Shown piece after piece: positions 47,382-57,192 of a DNA stretch of 64,000 bases; the first letter of the stretch is position 1, and each line of letters opens with the position of its first letter. The translations under genes and the position numbers were made by a program. The stretch covers positions 95,648 to 159,647 of the forward strand of contig CAWATS010000008.1 in the NCBI GenBank assembly GCA_963785005.1. Reading direction: 5' to 3'. The DNA is from an uncultured Actinomycetota bacterium (GTDB taxonomy: Bacteria > Actinomycetota > Actinomycetes > Mycobacteriales > CADCTP01). Under the pieces are notes generated by a model. That model was not told the origin of the DNA. It ran no database searches and was given only the letters and a program-made list of their open reading frames with translations.

Positions 47382-48203
47382 GTGGTTCACGCCGTCGATT
47401 TCGGTCAGGGCGTCGAGGACGCCTGGACGGGCGTCGCAGCCTTCGTGCCCAAGCTGGTCGCCTTCCTGGTCATCCTGCTGATCGGCTGGCTGGTCGCCAA
47501 GGCGGTCGAGAAGATCCTCGACAAGGTCCTCGAGCGGGTCGGCTTCGACCGCTGGGTCGAGCGCGGCGGGGTCAAGCGGGCGCTGGCCAACTCCAGGTAC
47601 GACGCGTCGAGCATCCTGGGCCGGATCGTCTACTACGCGATCCTGCTGTTCACCCTGTCCACCGCGTTCGGCGTCTTCGGCCCGAACCCGGTCAGCGTCT
47701 ACCTCGGCGCCGTGATCGGCTACCTGCCGAAGCTCTTCGTCGCGCTGCTCATCCTGATCATCGCCGCCGCCGTCGCCGCCGCGGTCAAGGGCCTGATCGA
47801 GAACACCCTCGGCGGCCTGTCCTACGGGCGGATCCTGGCGACCGCGGCCTCGGCGCTGATCCTCGTCATCGGCGTCACCGCCGCTCTCAACCAGCTGCAG
47901 ATCGCCACCGCGGTGGTCAACGCGGTGCTCTACGCGGCGCTGGCCGCGATCGCCGGCATCGCGATCGTCGCGATCGGCGGCGGCGGCATCCGGCCGATGC
48001 AGCAGCGCTGGGAGCGGGCGCTGTCCCGCTACGACGAGGAGAAGCCGCGGATCGCCGAGCAGGCCCGGCAGGCGCCGCCCGCCCGCGAACAGGCGCAGCA
48101 GGCCTACCAGCAGGCCCGGCCGGGCGACGGCTACCAGGCTGGCTACCCGGCCGACGGGGCCACCGCGGCACCGCAGTACGGGAGCGACTATCCGCGGCGC
48201 TGA
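47382..48203 (+). CDS. Conserved-TM-helix (TM_helix repeat) membrane protein
   Basis: GTG 47382; repeated hydrophobic helix + amphipathic segments ...FVPKLVAFLVILLIGWLVAKAVEKILDKVLERVGFDRW...; Gln/Pro-rich tail. Confidence 0.7.
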   Translation: MVHAVDFGQGVEDAWTGVAAFVPKLVAFLVILLIGWLVAKAVEKILDKVLERVGFDRWVERGGVKRALANSRYDASSILGRIVYYAILLFTLSTAFGVFGPNPVSVYLGAVIGYLPKLFVALLILIIAAAVAAAVKGLIENTLGGLSYGRILATAASALILVIGVTAALNQLQIATAVVNAVLYAALAAIAGIAIVAIGGGGIRPMQQRWERALSRYDEEKPRIAEQARQAPPAREQAQQAYQQARPGDGYQAGYPADGATAAPQYGSDYPRR

Positions 48204-48287
48204 GCGAGCCGAACGGGGGAGTGCGGCGGCCCGGACCCCGCCACCGCCCTGCGCGACCAACCGACCAACCAGCATGAGGGAGAGACG

Positions 48288-49082
48288 ATGGACCAGAACG
48301 ACGTCACCGCCCTGTCCGGCGCGACCGTGCGCGACGCCACCGGCGACAAGATCGGGAAGGTCGGCCAGGTCTACCTGGACGACAAGACCGGCCAGCCGGA
48401 GTGGGTCACCGTCCGGACCGGCATGTTCGGCGGCAGGGAGAGCTTCGTGCCGCTGTCCGCCGCCCGCCTCGAGGGCGACGAGCTCGTCGTCGACGCCAGC
48501 AAGGACACGGTGTCCGGCGCGCCGCAGGTCGATGAGGGCGGGCACCTGTCCGAGCAGGAAGAGGCGGAGATCTACCGCTACTACGGCCGGTCCGACGCCG
48601 GCTCGTACGACACCGGCCAGACCTACGCCGGCACCGACCGGTCCTACGAGGCCGAGTCGGGCGCGGTCGGCCGCGACACCTCGGGGCCGACGACCGACGA
48701 CGCGATGACCCGCTCCGAGGAGCAGCTGCGGGCCGGCACCGAGCAGGTCGAGGCCGGTCGCGCCCGGCTGCGCAAGTACGTCGTCACCGAGACCCAGCAG
48801 GTCGAGGTCCCGGTCAGTCGCGAGGAGGTGCGGCTGGAGCGCGAGCCGATCACCGATGCCAACCGCGACGCGGCCTACGACGGCCCGGCGATCAGCGAGG
48901 AGGAGCACGAGGTGACGCTGCGCGCGGAGCGTCCGGTCGTGCAGACCGAGGCGGTCGCGGTGGAGCGGGTCCGGCTCGGCAAGGAGACGGTCACCGACAC
49001 CGAGACCGTCTCCGGCGAGGTCCGCAAGGAGCAGATCGAGTTCGACGACCAGACCGGCACCGACCAGGACCGCAACCGCTGA
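48288..49082 (+). CDS. PRC-barrel + DUF2382 (YsnF/AvaK-type) stress-associated protein
   Basis: ATG 48288; ...VRDATGDKIGKVGQVYLDDKTGQPEWVTVRTGMFGGRESFVPL (PRC barrel); ...RLRKYVVTETQQVEVPVSREEVRLEREPI...EVTLRAERPVVQTEAVAVERVRLGKE (DUF2382 repeats). Confidence 0.8.
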   Translation: MDQNDVTALSGATVRDATGDKIGKVGQVYLDDKTGQPEWVTVRTGMFGGRESFVPLSAARLEGDELVVDASKDTVSGAPQVDEGGHLSEQEEAEIYRYYGRSDAGSYDTGQTYAGTDRSYEAESGAVGRDTSGPTTDDAMTRSEEQLRAGTEQVEAGRARLRKYVVTETQQVEVPVSREEVRLEREPITDANRDAAYDGPAISEEEHEVTLRAERPVVQTEAVAVERVRLGKETVTDTETVSGEVRKEQIEFDDQTGTDQDRNR

Positions 49083-49108
49083 GGCGGCCGGCAGGCGGGC
49101 AACGGCGT

Positions 49109-49132
49109 CCCGGCACCCGCGGGGGTGCCGGG
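49109..49132. terminator. Bidirectional hairpin terminator between convergent genes
   Basis: CCCGGCACCC (49109-49118), GCGG loop, GGGTGCCGGG (49123-49132): a perfect 10-bp stem. Confidence 0.55.
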
Positions 49133-49144
49133 CCGCCGTCGCCG

Positions 49145-50341
49145 TCAGCCGGGGCCGTTCCAGTCCAGGCAGAGGGCGGTCGCGTCGTCCCGGAAGTCAC
49201 CCCGCTGGTAGGCCGACACGGTGAGCAGCACCTGGCGGACCGCCTCGTGCGGCGGCTCGGTCGCGGTGGCGAGCAGGAGACCGTGCAGGCGGTCGTCGCC
49301 GAACGGCTCGCTGCCCGCCGCCGCCGCCTCGGTGACCCCGTCGCTGATCAGGAACAGCCGGTCGCCGGGATCCAGGTCGAAGCTCTGCGCCTCGTACCGG
49401 GTCGCCGGGTCCAGCGCGAGCGGGAGCTGCGGCCGCAGCTCGAGCGGTTCCAGCCGCCCGTCCCGGATCCGGTAGCCGGGCGGGTGGCCGGCGTTCACCA
49501 CCTCGGCGGTGCCGGTGGCGAGCTCGATCCGGGCGATCAGCGCGGTCACGAACGTCACCCGGGGAAACTGGCTGAGCAGCGCCCGCTGCGCCCACTCGGC
49601 CTGCTCGGTCAGCGACGCGCCGACCCGGCGGCCGTTGCGCAGCGCGGAGACGGCGAGCGTGTCGAGCAGGCTGGCCTGCAGGCCGTGGCCCATCCCGTCG
49701 GTGACCGACAGGTGCAGCACGCCGCTCTCCACGCTGTAGTCGAACGAGTCGCCGCCCACCTCGTACGCCGGCATCAGCTGCCCGGCGATCTCGAAGTGCC
49801 GACCGGCGAACGCCCGGACCGGCAGCAGGTTCCACTGCATCTCCGCGTCGAGCGCCAGCGGCCTGCGCCGGCGGGCCTGCTCGTACATGTCGGTGAACCG
49901 GCTGGCGCCGAAGAGCACGTACCCGACCACGGTCGCCACCTGGAGCAGTCCCTCGACGAGGTCCGGCGGCGTCTCGCCGTCCAGCAGCACCTTGAGCACG
50001 CCCAGCCGCTCCGCTCGCAGGCTGATCGGGACGTGCACCGCGGTCAGCCGGCCCTCCGGGGCGACCACGACGGACTGCGTCGAGAACGCCCGGCCCGCGG
50101 GCGTCCCGGACACCGCCATCGACTGCGCGGAGGCGGCCGGCTCGTCCTGCCGCACCCGGACCAGCTGCTCCATCTCGTAGTCGGCCAGCAGCAGGTCCAC
50201 CGACCGGGCGGCCGCGTGCTCGGCGAGGAACCGGGCGAGCACGTCGACCAGGTCGGTCGGGAACGCCTCGTCCAGAGCGGGCAGCAGCCGGCCGACCAAC
50301 TGGGTCAGCGACGGTGCGGCCACCCCCCGGGACGCGTCCAC
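49145..50341 (-). CDS. PP2C/SpoIIE-family serine phosphatase with an N-terminal GAF-like sensor region
   Basis: GTG 50341; ...GQLMPAYEVGGDSFDY...LSVTDGMGHGLQASL...FLISDGVTEA...DDATALCLDW (PP2C metal-binding motifs). Confidence 0.85.
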   Translation of the reverse strand: MDASRGVAAPSLTQLVGRLLPALDEAFPTDLVDVLARFLAEHAAARSVDLLLADYEMEQLVRVRQDEPAASAQSMAVSGTPAGRAFSTQSVVVAPEGRLTAVHVPISLRAERLGVLKVLLDGETPPDLVEGLLQVATVVGYVLFGASRFTDMYEQARRRRPLALDAEMQWNLLPVRAFAGRHFEIAGQLMPAYEVGGDSFDYSVESGVLHLSVTDGMGHGLQASLLDTLAVSALRNGRRVGASLTEQAEWAQRALLSQFPRVTFVTALIARIELATGTAEVVNAGHPPGYRIRDGRLEPLELRPQLPLALDPATRYEAQSFDLDPGDRLFLISDGVTEAAAAGSEPFGDDRLHGLLLATATEPPHEAVRQVLLTVSAYQRGDFRDDATALCLDWNGPG

Positions 50342-50499
50342 CCGGCGAGGTTACCCGCCGGCGGGTCGCCCGGCGGCGCGGCGGCGGGTCGGTCCGGTCG
50401 GTGCCGGCGGCGCCCGCCCGCCCGTCCGGGGCCGGCTCGCCCGCCGCGGTCGAGGTCCGCGGCGAGTGGCCTGCCGGGCCGCCCTGCGAGGATGTGGGC

Positions 50500-51612
50500 A
50501 TGGTGCGGTCCGCGGCGGTGGTCGACCTCGACGCTATCCGGCGCAACGTCGCCCGGCTCCGGTCGGGCACCGCGGCCGAGGTGATGGCGGTCGTCAAGGC
50601 GGACGGGTACGGGCACGGGCTGCTGCCCTCGGCGCGGGCCGCGCTCGCCGGCGGCGCGAGCTGGCTCGGGGTCGCCTTCCTGGAGGAGGCGCTGGCGCTG
50701 CGGGCCGCCGGGATCACCGCCCCGGTGCTGTCCTGGCTGGCCGTGCCGGGGGAGGGGCTCGCTTCCGCGGTCGAGGCCGACATCGACCTGTCGGTCGGCG
50801 CGCCGTGGGCGCTCGCGGAGGTGGCCGCCGCCGCCCGGGCGAGCGGCCGGCGCGCCCGCGTGCACCTCGACGTCGACACCGGGCTGTCCCGGGCGGGCGC
50901 CACCCCGGCCGACTGGCCGGAGCTGGTCACCGCCGCCGCGAAGGCGGCCGCCGAGGACGTGGTCGAGGTGGTCGCGGTCTGGAGCCACTTCGCGTACGCC
51001 GACGCCCCCGGCCACCCGACCATCGCCCGGCAGGTCGCCGTGTTCACCGAGGCGGTGGACGTCGCCCGCCGGCTCGGCGTCGACCCGCCGCTGCGCCACC
51101 TGGCGAACTCGGCCGCCACCCTCACCCTGCCGGAGGCCCACTTCGACCTGGTCCGGCCGGGGATCGCGGTCTACGGGCTGACCCCGGTCCCGCCGGAGCC
51201 GTACGGGCTGCTGCCGGCCATGACGCTGCGGACCCGGGTCGCGCTGGTCAAGCGGGTCCCGGCCGGCAGCGGCGTCTCGTACGGGCACGCCTACACCACC
51301 GACCGGGAGACCGGCCTGGCGCTGGTCCCGCTCGGGTACGCGGACGGGCTGCCGCGCTCGGCGACCGGGGTGGGCCCGCTGCTGCTCGGCGGCCGGCGGC
51401 GGACGCTGGCCGGGCGGATGTGCATGGACCAGTTCGTCGTGGACGTCGGCGACGACGACGTGCGGGCCGGCGACGAGGTGGTCCTGTTCGGCCCCGGGCT
51501 CGCCGGCGAGCCGACCGCGCAGGAGTGGGCCGACGTGCTCGGCACGATCTCGTACGAGATCGTCACCCGGATCGGCCCCCGGGTGCCCCGCACGTACGTC
51601 GGTCTGCCGTGA
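50500..51612 (+). CDS. alr: Alanine racemase
   Basis: ATG 50500; ...AVVKADGYGHG (PLP-Lys motif)...VSYGHAYT...GRMCMDQFVVDVG...YEIVTRIGPRVPR. Confidence 0.95.
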   Translation: MVRSAAVVDLDAIRRNVARLRSGTAAEVMAVVKADGYGHGLLPSARAALAGGASWLGVAFLEEALALRAAGITAPVLSWLAVPGEGLASAVEADIDLSVGAPWALAEVAAAARASGRRARVHLDVDTGLSRAGATPADWPELVTAAAKAAAEDVVEVVAVWSHFAYADAPGHPTIARQVAVFTEAVDVARRLGVDPPLRHLANSAATLTLPEAHFDLVRPGIAVYGLTPVPPEPYGLLPAMTLRTRVALVKRVPAGSGVSYGHAYTTDRETGLALVPLGYADGLPRSATGVGPLLLGGRRRTLAGRMCMDQFVVDVGDDDVRAGDEVVLFGPGLAGEPTAQEWADVLGTISYEIVTRIGPRVPRTYVGLP

Positions 51613-52703
51613 GACCGGCCGCCCGCCGGGCCGGCCTGCTCGCCGGCGTGGCCGGCCTGGTCGCCGCCGGTGCCGCCGTCGGGCTGGCGAGCGAGCGCTA
51701 CGCGATCGGCCGGATCCGCGGCGGGCCGGACCCGGAGGCCGACGAGGCGTTCGGGCGGCTGCCCGCCGACCGGACCCGGACGGTCAGCACCGACGACGGG
51801 CTGCCGCTGGCGGTCGAGGAGGTCGGGCCCCGGGACGCGCCGCTGACCGTCGTCTTCCTGCACGGCTACTGCCTGGCCATGGGGTCGTGGCACTACCAGC
51901 GACTCGGGCTGGCCGACATGACCCACCCGCGGATCCGGATGGTCTTCTACGACTGCCGCTCGCACGGCCGCTCCGGTCGGGCGCCGACCGAGACGGCCAC
52001 CCTCGAGCAGCTCGCCGAGGACCTGCACCGGGTGCTGCTCGACCTGGCCCCGTCCGGTCCGGTCGTGCTCGTCGGTCACTCCATGGGCGGCATGACGATC
52101 ATGGCGCTGGCCGAGCGGTACCCGCAGCTGTTCGGCCCGCGGGTGGTCGGGGTGGCACTGCTGTCCACCTCGACCGGCAAGCTCAAGGACGTCTCGCTCG
52201 GCTTCCCGGCGCTGACCTCGAGGCTGCGCGCACCGGTGCTGCCGTTCGCGCTGCGGATGATGCGGTCGCGCTCGGCGCTGATCGAGCGGAGCCGGCGGAT
52301 CGGCAGTGACATCGCCTGGCTGCTCACCCGGCGCTACTCGTTCGGCTCCACGGACGTGTCGCCGGCCCTGGTGGAGTACGTCGGCCAGCTGATCGCCGCC
52401 ACCCCGGTCGAGGTGGTGGCCGACTTCTACCCGGCGCTGGACGCGCACGACAGGCTGGCCGCCCTGACCGTGCTGCGCGACGTGGAGACCTTCGTCGCGG
52501 TCGGCAGCAAGGACCTGCTCACCCCGGTGGAGCACAGCCGGCGGATGGCCGACGCGCTGCCCGGCTGCGAGCTGCTGGTGCTGGACGGCGCCGGGCACCT
52601 GGCGATGATGGAGCGGCCCGCGCTGGTCACCCTGCGGCTGCGCGCCTTCCTGCACCGGGCCGCCCGCGCCGCCGCCCGCGGCTCCACCCGGGGCGTCCGC
52701 TGA
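51609..52703 (+). CDS. Alpha/beta hydrolase with an N-terminal TM anchor
   Basis: GTG 51609 in a GTGA overlap with the alr stop; ...VVFLHGY...VLVGHSMGGMTIMAL (GxSxG)...GAGHLAMMERP. Confidence 0.85.
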   Translation: MRPAARRAGLLAGVAGLVAAGAAVGLASERYAIGRIRGGPDPEADEAFGRLPADRTRTVSTDDGLPLAVEEVGPRDAPLTVVFLHGYCLAMGSWHYQRLGLADMTHPRIRMVFYDCRSHGRSGRAPTETATLEQLAEDLHRVLLDLAPSGPVVLVGHSMGGMTIMALAERYPQLFGPRVVGVALLSTSTGKLKDVSLGFPALTSRLRAPVLPFALRMMRSRSALIERSRRIGSDIAWLLTRRYSFGSTDVSPALVEYVGQLIAATPVEVVADFYPALDAHDRLAALTVLRDVETFVAVGSKDLLTPVEHSRRMADALPGCELLVLDGAGHLAMMERPALVTLRLRAFLHRAARAAARGSTRGVR

Positions 52704-53422
52704 TGGCGGGACTGTTGGGCGGGCCGGGGCAGCCGGCCGGGCCGCGCTTCCGGCTGGTGCCCGGCTCGCTGGAGGTGGCCGAGCGGGCGGCGCGGTGCGG
52801 GTCGTGGGACGCGCTGGCCGCCGCCTCGTCGACGTGCACGGCCTGCGCGGAGCTGGCGGCGACGCGGACCACGGTGGTCGTCGGGGAGGCGCCGGCCGGC
52901 GCCCGGCTCGCGCTGGTCGGCGAGGCGCCGGGAGCGGACGAGGACCGGCTCGGGCGACCGTTCGTCGGCCGGGCCGGGCGGCTGCTCGACGAGCTGCTCG
53001 CGGCGGCCGGGCTGGACCGCTCCGGGGTCGCGGTGCTCAACGTGCTGCAGTGCCGGCCGCCGGGCAACCGGGCGCCGAAGCCGGCCGAGGTCGCGCGCTG
53101 CCGTGGCTGGCTGGACCGCAAGCTGGAGCTGGTCGGTCCCGAGCTGGTGGTCGCGCTGGGGCTGACCGCGGCCGGGTGGTTCCTCGGCCGCGGGGTGCGG
53201 CTGGGCGCGGTGCGCGGCTCGGTGCACGAGGTCGGCGGGTGGCGGGTGCTGCCGACGTACCATCCCTCGGCCGCGATCCGGTACGGGCCGGCTGGCCAGC
53301 CGCTGGCCGGCCTGCGCGCCGACCTCGCCCTCGCCGCCGAGCTCCTCGGCTCGCCGCCGGCGCGGGCCTCCGGCCACGAGTGCCGGACCTCCGGGCCGGT
53401 GACGGATGCGGGTGTCCGGTGA
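52703..53422 (+). CDS. Uracil-DNA glycosylase, family 4
   Basis: ATG 52703 overlaps the upstream TGA; ...CTACAEL...[30 protein letters not shown]...[12 protein letters not shown]...HPSA. Confidence 0.85.
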   Translation: [239 protein letters not shown]

Positions 53423-54000
53423 CGGCGCAGACGCCGTCACCGGCGGACCGGAGCCATCACCCGCCGGAGGATGGCGACACTCGTGACGACGACCCCCGCG
53501 CCGGCGCCGAGGAGGCCGCGGGCGGCGGTGTCACGGTCGAGCTGCCCACGGCGGAGGACACCCGGGCGCTGGGACGGGCGCTGGCCGGCCTGCTGGAGCC
53601 GGGCGACCTGGTCGTGCTCGCCGGCCCGCTCGGCGCCGGCAAGACGGTCCTCGTGCAGGGCATCGGCGCCGGCCTCGGCGTGCCCGGCCGGGTGACGTCG
53701 CCGACCTTCGTGCTGGCCCGGGTGCACGCCGGCGGGCGGCTGCCGCTGGTGCACGTCGACGCGTACCGGCTCGGCTCCGTCGCCGAGGTCGACGACCTCG
53801 ACCTGGACGCCGACCTCGCCGGGTCGGTGACCGCGGTCGAGTGGGGGCACGGGCTCGTCGAGCGGCTGTCCGACGCGCACCTGCTGGTCCGGCTGTCCCG
53901 TGCCGCCGAGGGCGAGCGGCGCACGGCCGAGCTGGTGCCGACCGGCGGCAGCTGGGCTCAGCGGCTGCCCGGGCTGCGCCGGCTCACCGCACGGTCTTGA
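53419..54000 (+). CDS. tsaE: tRNA t6A37 biosynthesis ATPase TsaE
   Basis: GTG 53419 in a GTGA overlap (start may lie further downstream); ...VVLAGPLGAGKTVLVQGIGAGLGV...VTSPTFVLARVH...HVDAYRL. Confidence 0.85.
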   Translation: MTAQTPSPADRSHHPPEDGDTRDDDPRAGAEEAAGGGVTVELPTAEDTRALGRALAGLLEPGDLVVLAGPLGAGKTVLVQGIGAGLGVPGRVTSPTFVLARVHAGGRLPLVHVDAYRLGSVAEVDDLDLDADLAGSVTAVEWGHGLVERLSDAHLLVRLSRAAEGERRTAELVPTGGSWAQRLPGLRRLTARS

Positions 54001-54649
54001 ACTGCAGCGAGGCCAGCACCGCCTGGCAGCCCTTCTGGATCTCGGCCGCCTTGTCCGTCCACTGGCAGATGACCTGGATCTCGTTCCGGCCGCGCAGCAG
54101 GAAGACGATGTCGGACTCGACGCCGTCCTCCTCCCGGGTGGCGTGGTAGCCGAAGCCGCGCGCGCCGTCCACGGTGGACCGCTCCGCGCTGGTGGACTCG
54201 AAGGTGAGGCCCTGCTTCCCCAGCTGGCCGAGCACCGTCTTCAGCTCGCCCTCGAGGGTGTCGTCGGCGATCCGGTCGGTGTCGGTGGCGACCTCGTAGA
54301 CGGTGACGATGATCAGGTCCTGGCGGGTGAGGCCGACCGCGGACCGGTACTTGTCGCCCCGCCCGGTGCCGGCGCCCAGCGACGCGGACGACGACGTGTC
54401 CTGGAAGCCGGCGGGCAGCGTGAAGCAGTACGGCGAGCCGGCCGGGGAGATCACCGCACCGGAGCACTTCAGCGTCTTCCGGACGGGCGTCGCGGTCGGG
54501 CCGGACCCGGCGGCGGGCGGGCTCTGCTTCACGCCGCTCGGCTTGGCCGCGTCCCTGGCGACCCGGCCGCTGCCCTCCACGGTGGCGGCACAGCCCGCGG
54601 CGAGCAGCCCGCACAGTCCGACGAGGACGACGAGGAACCGTCTGCGCAT
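53984..54649 (-). CDS. Lipoprotein of unknown function
   Basis: ATG 54649; MRRRFLVVLVGLCGLLAAGC (signal + lipobox LAAGC). 3' end overlaps the tsaE 3' end by 17 nt (convergent). Confidence 0.75.
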   Translation of the reverse strand: MRRRFLVVLVGLCGLLAAGCAATVEGSGRVARDAAKPSGVKQSPPAAGSGPTATPVRKTLKCSGAVISPAGSPYCFTLPAGFQDTSSSASLGAGTGRGDKYRSAVGLTRQDLIIVTVYEVATDTDRIADDTLEGELKTVLGQLGKQGLTFESTSAERSTVDGARGFGYHATREEDGVESDIVFLLRGRNEIQVICQWTDKAAEIQKGCQAVLASLQFKTVR

Positions 54650-54757
54650 GCGGGCCACCGTAACCGCACCGCTCGGCAGGTCCGCCCCCGGTGTCACCCG
54701 ATCGGGGGAATCGACTCGCGATCCGGCGGCGCCGGGTGACCGGACTACCCTCGTCCG

Positions 54758-55441
54758 GTGCCCGCGGTTGACCGTCCCGTCCTGGTCGTCGACACCGCCA
54801 CGCCGGCGGTGACGGCCGCCGTCGTGCGGGTCCGGCCGGATGCCGTCGAGGCGCTGTCCGTGCAGGTCGCGGCCGATGCCCGCCGGCACGGCGAGCTGCT
54901 CGCGCCCGGGGTGGCGGCGGCGCTGGCGGAGGCCGGGGTCCCGGTCGGGTCGCTGGCGGCGGTGGTCGTCGGGCTCGGGCCCGGGCCGTTCACCGGGTTG
55001 CGGGTCGGTCTGGTCACCGCCGCGGCCCTCGCGGACGCGGTGCGCATACCCGCGTACGGGGTGTGTTCGCTGGACGGGATCGGCGCGGCGGTGCCCGGCC
55101 GGGTCCTGGTCGCGACGGACGCGCGACGTCGCGAGGTCTACTGGGCCGCGTACGCCGACCGCCGGCGGGTGGCCGGCCCGGCGGTGAGCACCCCGGCGGA
55201 CCTCGCGGCGCTGCTGCCGGAGCTGGGCGTCACGGCGGCCGCCGGAGCCGGCGCCCGGCAGTACGCCGGCGTGCTCGGGCTGCCGGTCACCGGACCGGAC
55301 TGGCCGGACCCGGTCGTGCTGGCCGTGCTGGCCGCGCCGCGCATCCTCGCCGGCGCGCCCGCCGACCCGCTCACCCCGCTGTACCTGCGCCGCCCGGACG
55401 CCGTCGAGCCGGGCCGGCCGAAGGCGGTGACGCCGGCGTGA
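54758..55441 (+). CDS. tsaB: tRNA t6A37 biosynthesis protein TsaB
   Basis: GTG 54758; ...VLVVDTATPAVTAAVV...VVVGLGPGPFTGLRVGLVTAAALADA. Confidence 0.9.
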   Translation: MPAVDRPVLVVDTATPAVTAAVVRVRPDAVEALSVQVAADARRHGELLAPGVAAALAEAGVPVGSLAAVVVGLGPGPFTGLRVGLVTAAALADAVRIPAYGVCSLDGIGAAVPGRVLVATDARRREVYWAAYADRRRVAGPAVSTPADLAALLPELGVTAAAGAGARQYAGVLGLPVTGPDWPDPVVLAVLAAPRILAGAPADPLTPLYLRRPDAVEPGRPKAVTPA

Positions 55442-55902
55442 GCGAGGTGTCGCTGGCGACGATGCGGTGGTGGCACATCGCCGCCGTGATGGCGCTGGAG
55501 CGGGAGCTGTTCGAGGCGGAGGCCTGGTCCGAGGCGGCCTACTGGAACGAGCTGGCCGAGACCACCACCCGCCACTACCTCGTCGCCGTCGACGGCGCCG
55601 GCGGCCCGGCCGGCGATCGGGTCGTGGGCTACGCCGGGCTGGCCGTCTACGACGACGAGGCGCACGTCCTGACGATCGGCGTGACCGGGGCCGCGCAGGG
55701 CCGGGGGGTCGGCACGGCCCTGCTGGCGGAGCTGCTCGCGATCGCCGACGCCCGCGGCGCCCGGAAGGTGCTGCTCGACGTCCGGGCGGACAACCCGGCG
55801 GCGCAGCGGCTCTACGCCCGGCACGGTTTCGTGCCGATCGGCCGGCGGCGCCGCTACTACCAGCCGAGCGGGGTGGACGCGGTGGTGATGGCGCGTGGCT
55901 AG
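55438..55902 (+). CDS. rimI: Ribosomal-protein-alanine N-acetyltransferase (GNAT)
   Basis: GTG 55438 in a GTGA overlap; ...[26 protein letters not shown]...[13 protein letters not shown]. Confidence 0.88.
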   Translation: MSEVSLATMRWWHIAAVMALERELFEAEAWSEAAYWNELAETTTRHYLVAVDGAGGPAGDRVVGYAGLAVYDDEAHVLTIGVTGAAQGRGVGTALLAELLAIADARGARKVLLDVRADNPAAQRLYARHGFVPIGRRRRYYQPSGVDAVVMARG

Positions 55903-56950
55903 GGCGGCCGGTGCCGGCGGCGAGCCGCTCGTGCTCGGCTTCGAGACCTCCTGCGACGAGACCGGCGTCGGCCTGGTCCGCGGCTCGAGCCTGCTGGCCG
56001 ACGCGGTGGCATCCAGTGTGGACGCTCACGCCCGGTTCGGCGGGGTGGTGCCGGAGGTCGCGTCCCGGGCGCACCTGGAGGCGATGGTGCCCACCGTGCA
56101 CCGCGCGTTCGCCACCGCCGGCGTACGACCGTCCGATGTGGACGCCATCGCGGTGACCGCCGGGCCGGGACTGTCCGGCGCGCTGCTCGTCGGCGTCGCC
56201 GCCGCCAAGGCGTACGCGCTGGCGCTGGGCAAGCCGCTCTACGGCGTGAACCACCTCGCCGCCCACGTCGCCGTGGACGTCCTGGAGCACGGGCCGCTGC
56301 CGGAGCCCTGCGTGGCGCTGCTCGTCTCGGGTGGACACTCGTCGCTGCTGCTGGTCCCGGATCTCGCCGAGGAGGTCCGGCCGCTCGGCGCCACCATCGA
56401 CGACGCGGCCGGCGAGGCATTCGACAAGGTGGCCCGGCTGCTCGGGCTGCCGTTCCCCGGCGGGCCGCCGGTGGACCGGGCGGCCCGGGACGGCTCTGCG
56501 GACGCGGTCCGCTTCCCGCGCGGGCTGACCGGCCCGCACGACCCGCCGTACGACTTCTCCTTCTCCGGCCTGAAGACCGCGGTGGCCCGCTGGGTGGAGG
56601 CCCGGCAGCGGGCCGGGTCGCCGGTGCCCGTGGCGGACGTCGCCGCCTCCTTCCAGGAGGCGGTGGTGGACGTGCTGACCGCCAAGGCGCTGCGCGCCTG
56701 CCGGGACACCGGCGTCGGGCACCTGCTGATCGGCGGCGGGGTGGCGGCGAACTCGCGGTTGCGCGCGCTCGCCGAGCAGCGGTGCGCGGCGGCGGGGGTG
56801 CGGCTGCGGGTGCCGCGTCCCGGGCTGTGCACCGACAACGGCGCGATGGTGGCGGCGCTCGGCGCCCGGCTGGTCGCGGCGGGCAAGCCGCCGTCCACAC
56901 TGGACATCCCGGCCGACTCGGCGCTGCCGGTGGAGACGGTGCTGGTGTGA
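55895..56950 (+). CDS. tsaD: tRNA N6-adenosine threonylcarbamoyltransferase TsaD
   Basis: GTG 55895 (start may be the downstream GTG before [10 protein letters not shown]); ...[16 protein letters not shown]...VNHLAAHV...LLVSGGHS...[10 protein letters not shown]. Confidence 0.95.
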   Translation: MARAAGAGGEPLVLGFETSCDETGVGLVRGSSLLADAVASSVDAHARFGGVVPEVASRAHLEAMVPTVHRAFATAGVRPSDVDAIAVTAGPGLSGALLVGVAAAKAYALALGKPLYGVNHLAAHVAVDVLEHGPLPEPCVALLVSGGHSSLLLVPDLAEEVRPLGATIDDAAGEAFDKVARLLGLPFPGGPPVDRAARDGSADAVRFPRGLTGPHDPPYDFSFSGLKTAVARWVEARQRAGSPVPVADVAASFQEAVVDVLTAKALRACRDTGVGHLLIGGGVAANSRLRALAEQRCAAAGVRLRVPRPGLCTDNGAMVAALGARLVAAGKPPSTLDIPADSALPVETVLV

Positions 56951-57192
56951 GCGTGCGGATGTGGGAGGTGCGGGCCGCTCCCGGCCGCACGGACGAGCTG
57001 GTCGCCTGGGTGCTCGGCGCCGCCGCCCCGGACGCCGCCGTCTACCGGTCCGCGGACGACCGGCTGGTGGTCATCGACCCCGCCGGCGGCGACCCCGGCG
57101 CCCCGCCGCCCGGCCTCGCCGCCGCCGATCCGCACGCCTGGGACTTCACCCCGGTCCCCCGAGAGGGCGGGGACGCTCAGCGGCGGCCGTAG
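56947..57192 (+). CDS. Small hypothetical protein (about 77-81 aa)
   Basis: GTG 56947 / ATG 56959; strong GC3 bias; [41 protein letters not shown]...; no family recognised. 3' end overlaps the convergent methyltransferase by 16 nt. Confidence 0.5.
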   Translation: MSVRMWEVRAAPGRTDELVAWVLGAAAPDAAVYRSADDRLVVIDPAGGDPGAPPPGLAAADPHAWDFTPVPREGGDAQRRP

